The translations under genes and the position numbers were made by a program. This document shows positions 61,722 through 64,000 of a stretch of DNA of 64,000 nucleotides, one piece after another. A model generated the notes under the pieces. The model saw only the letters and a list, made by a program, of their open reading frames with translations. It was not told where the DNA came from and made no database searches. The DNA comes from Azolla caroliniana (taxonomy: Eukaryota > Plantae > Polypodiophyta): the NCBI GenBank assembly GCA_043228905.1, contig JBHGNT010000018.1:4836001-4900000 (forward strand). Direction: 5' to 3'. Numbering within the stretch: position 1 is the stretch's first letter; the number at the start of each line of letters is the position of its first letter.

Positions 61722-64000
61722 TGTTGGAAGCAATGTCGTCAGTGCGGAAGATCTTGAAGCACTCGATTCCTGTTTATTCCCTGTGTATGACAGAATGTAG
61801 GTCGTTGCACAGAGAGAGAGAGAGAGAGACACAAAAGACTCTTTATTTCACAAAGCAATAATACAACAACCAACCTCACAAAGAGGTTACAAGGTCACTA
61901 TATATAGTGACCGACTTAGGGCAACTACCCTTTATGCTAATTACATAAATGGCCAAAACGGGATGGTGTGAATACGTCCATTATACACATGTATTCGACA
62001 CTCCCCCGTAATGGGCGTATACATGGGTTATCTAAGATTACAGGTATAGACTTAGGTTCTCGGACATATCAGCTTTGTTCGAGTCGGCAGGATCCGAAGA
62101 CAGAAGACCGAACTGGTCGGGTCGGAACAGTTGAAGCCGATCATTAAGGAGCTGATGTCGGTTGTCGGGAACCATCCTGCTCTGTGTCCGGCTCTAACCG
62201 GACTGGTTTGTCGTTACGCCCATCTGATGCCGAAGAGACCGAAAACGGTCTGCCGAGAGACATTTGGTCATTCCATCTGCGACATTATCGGTTGTGGATA
62301 TTTTCTCTAGACCGATTTTCCCTGAAATGACGCAGTCCCGAACGAAGTGATATCGAACGTCGATATGTTTGGAGGCGTTGTGGTGAACCGGATTTTTCGA
62401 CAAGGCAACAGCACCTTGACTGTCGCTGTAGACAACTGGAGCCGAGTCATGTTCGACTTGTCGAAACGTGTGCGCCAGCCGACCGAGCCACAAAGCTTCT
62501 TTTGCTGCGTCGGACGCAGCTACATATTCTGCTTCGGTCGTTGAGGTCGCTGTGCACTCCTGAAGTTTCGACTTCCACGAGATTGCTCCATTGCCGAATT
62601 TGAAGCAGTATCCGGTTGTTGATTTCCGACTGTCTATACAGCCGGCGAAGTCCGAGTCGGTGTAACCGACTACGCCTGAGGTTCGGTTCGGTCCGAAAAG
62701 AATGCCATGGTCTTTTGTGCCAGCCAGATATCTGAACACATGCTTGACTGCGTTCCAATGCGATCGGCCAGGATTGTGCATAAATCTGCTAACGACTCCT
62801 ACGGCATGAGAGATGTCAGGCCGTGTCGCGACCATCAGGTACATAAGGGAGCCGACTGCCGGTGCATACGGTACCGACTTCATATCTTCCCCCTCCGAAC
62901 CGGATGTCGGGCAGTCTCGCTGAGAGAGCCGAAGATTCATAGGGAGTGGGGTTGAAGCAGATTTGGCTGATTGCATGTTGAAGCGTTCCAAGACACGTCC
63001 GATATAGTCGGTCTGAGACAAAAAAAGATGTCGTTTATTGCGATGCCGACTAATCTTCATGCCAAGGATGTGTCGTGCCGGACCGAGGTCCTTCATGGCA
63101 AACTTCAACCGCAGTTGCCGAACGAGATCGGCAAGTTCGCCCGCGTGGCGTCCAGAAATTAGCATGTCGTCCACGTAAATGATGAGGAAGATGGGTGATC
63201 CATCTCGAGCTGTGTTGGTGAAGAGACAATGGTCCTCATCGCTTTTGGAGAAGCCGATTGATTGGATGAAGTCGTCGAACTTCTTGTACCATTGTCGCGG
63301 TGCCTGTTTGAGGCCGTATAGACTCTTCCTGAGTCGGCAGACTAGATGTTCTTGGCCAGTTGCCACGAAGCCTTTTGGCTGCTCCATATAAATTTCCTCC
63401 TCGAGATCACCATGGAGGAAGGCTGTTTTGACATCTAGCTGAATCAGCTCCAAGTTGTCGGCTGCCACGACGCCGAGCAGAAGACGAAGGGTTGTCATTT
63501 TCACCACTGGTGAAAAAATCTCGTCGAAGTCGACGCCATATTCTTGTCGGAAGCCCTTCGCAACTAATCTGGCCTTGTACTTTGGGGTGGTCGAATCAGA
63601 CGTCTCTTTTAGTCGATAAACCCACTTGCAAGGAAGAGCACGTCGGTTCCTAGGTAATTCGACCAGATCCCAAGTCTTGTTTGCCCGGATGGAGTGCATT
63701 TCCGACTCCATCGCCAGATGCCAGGTGGCCGAATCGACAGATGTCGATGCTTCTTCGTAAGACGTCGGTTCGCCGGCGTCGGTGAAGAAAATTCCAGGAG
63801 AATACCTCTCCGGAGGTTGCGACAGTCTCTCGGATCGTCGAGGTATGATTGGACTGGTCGCATCGGGTATCGAGGTCGGATGGTCCGAAACCGAATCATT
63901 CGGCTGTGCCGAGTCAGAGTTGTCCGAGTCGGTAGTATAAGGTTCAGCTACCCGTGAAGCTGACCGTGTGTTGAGAGCGGGGCCTTCTTGAAGGGTCGGC
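61722..64000 (-). mobile_element. copia C sibling (C2), 3' part; runs off the window
   Basis: 3' LTR 61722-62000 matches 40435-40713 by eye; PPT at 62001. Confidence 0.96.
62194..64000 (-). CDS. copia C2 pol (RT-RNase H), open reading frame, partial
   Basis: 505-aa uninterrupted ORF from 63711; frame appears open upstream to the window edge. Confidence 0.9.
   Translation of the reverse strand, partial: PTLQEGPALNTRSASRVAEPYTTDSDNSDSAQPNDSVSDHPTSIPDATSPIIPRRSERLSQPPERYSPGIFFTDAGEPTSYEEASTSVDSATWHLAMESEMHSIRANKTWDLVELPRNRRALPCKWVYRLKETSDSTTPKYKARLVAKGFRQEYGVDFDEIFSPVVKMTTLRLLLGVVAADNLELIQLDVKTAFLHGDLEEEIYMEQPKGFVATGQEHLVCRLRKSLYGLKQAPRQWYKKFDDFIQSIGFSKSDEDHCLFTNTARDGSPIFLIIYVDDMLISGRHAGELADLVRQLRLKFAMKDLGPARHILGMKISRHRNKRHLFLSQTDYIGRVLERFNMQSAKSASTPLPMNLRLSQRDCPTSGSEGEDMKSVPYAPAVGSLMYLMVATRPDISHAVGVVSRFMHNPGRSHWNAVKHVFRYLAGTKDHGILFGPNRTSGVVGYTDSDFAGCIDSRKSTTGYCFKFGNGAISWKSKLQECTATSTTEAEYVAASDAAKEALWLGRLAHTFRQVEHDSAPVVYSDSQGAVALSKNPVHHNASKHIDVRYHFVRDCVISGKIGLEKISTTDNVADGMTKCLSADRFRSLRHQMGVTTNQSG

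Overview
Eukaryotic, land-plant nuclear DNA. A non-seed plant such as a fern is plausible but cannot be established from this window. A small gene island (~11-29 kb) holds four recognisable genes: a 7-exon His-rich/coiled-coil gene, an intact tRNA-iMet (with two decayed tRNA copies nearby), REV7/MAD2L2, and an AVT6-type amino acid transporter. On both sides are deeply nested transposons: several Ty1/copia families, Ty3/gypsy elements and solo LTRs, RTE/RTEX-like and L1-like LINE fragments, a pogo DD30D transposon and MITEs. The most unusual element is at 33243-35239. This ~2 kb segment encodes an uninterrupted, two-intron, prokaryote-type beta-class N6-adenine/N4-cytosine DNA methyltransferase (DIPY ... 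NPYQKP ... VLDLFSGTGTT). It lies antisense inside the 3' end of a copia element, between 450-bp direct repeats of LTR-PPT-pol sequence, which is the structure expected from retrovirus-style transduction. Also notable is a young Tnt1/Tork-like copia at 40435-45973 that appears to be a recombinant of two insertions, with a near-identical sibling at 61722-64000.
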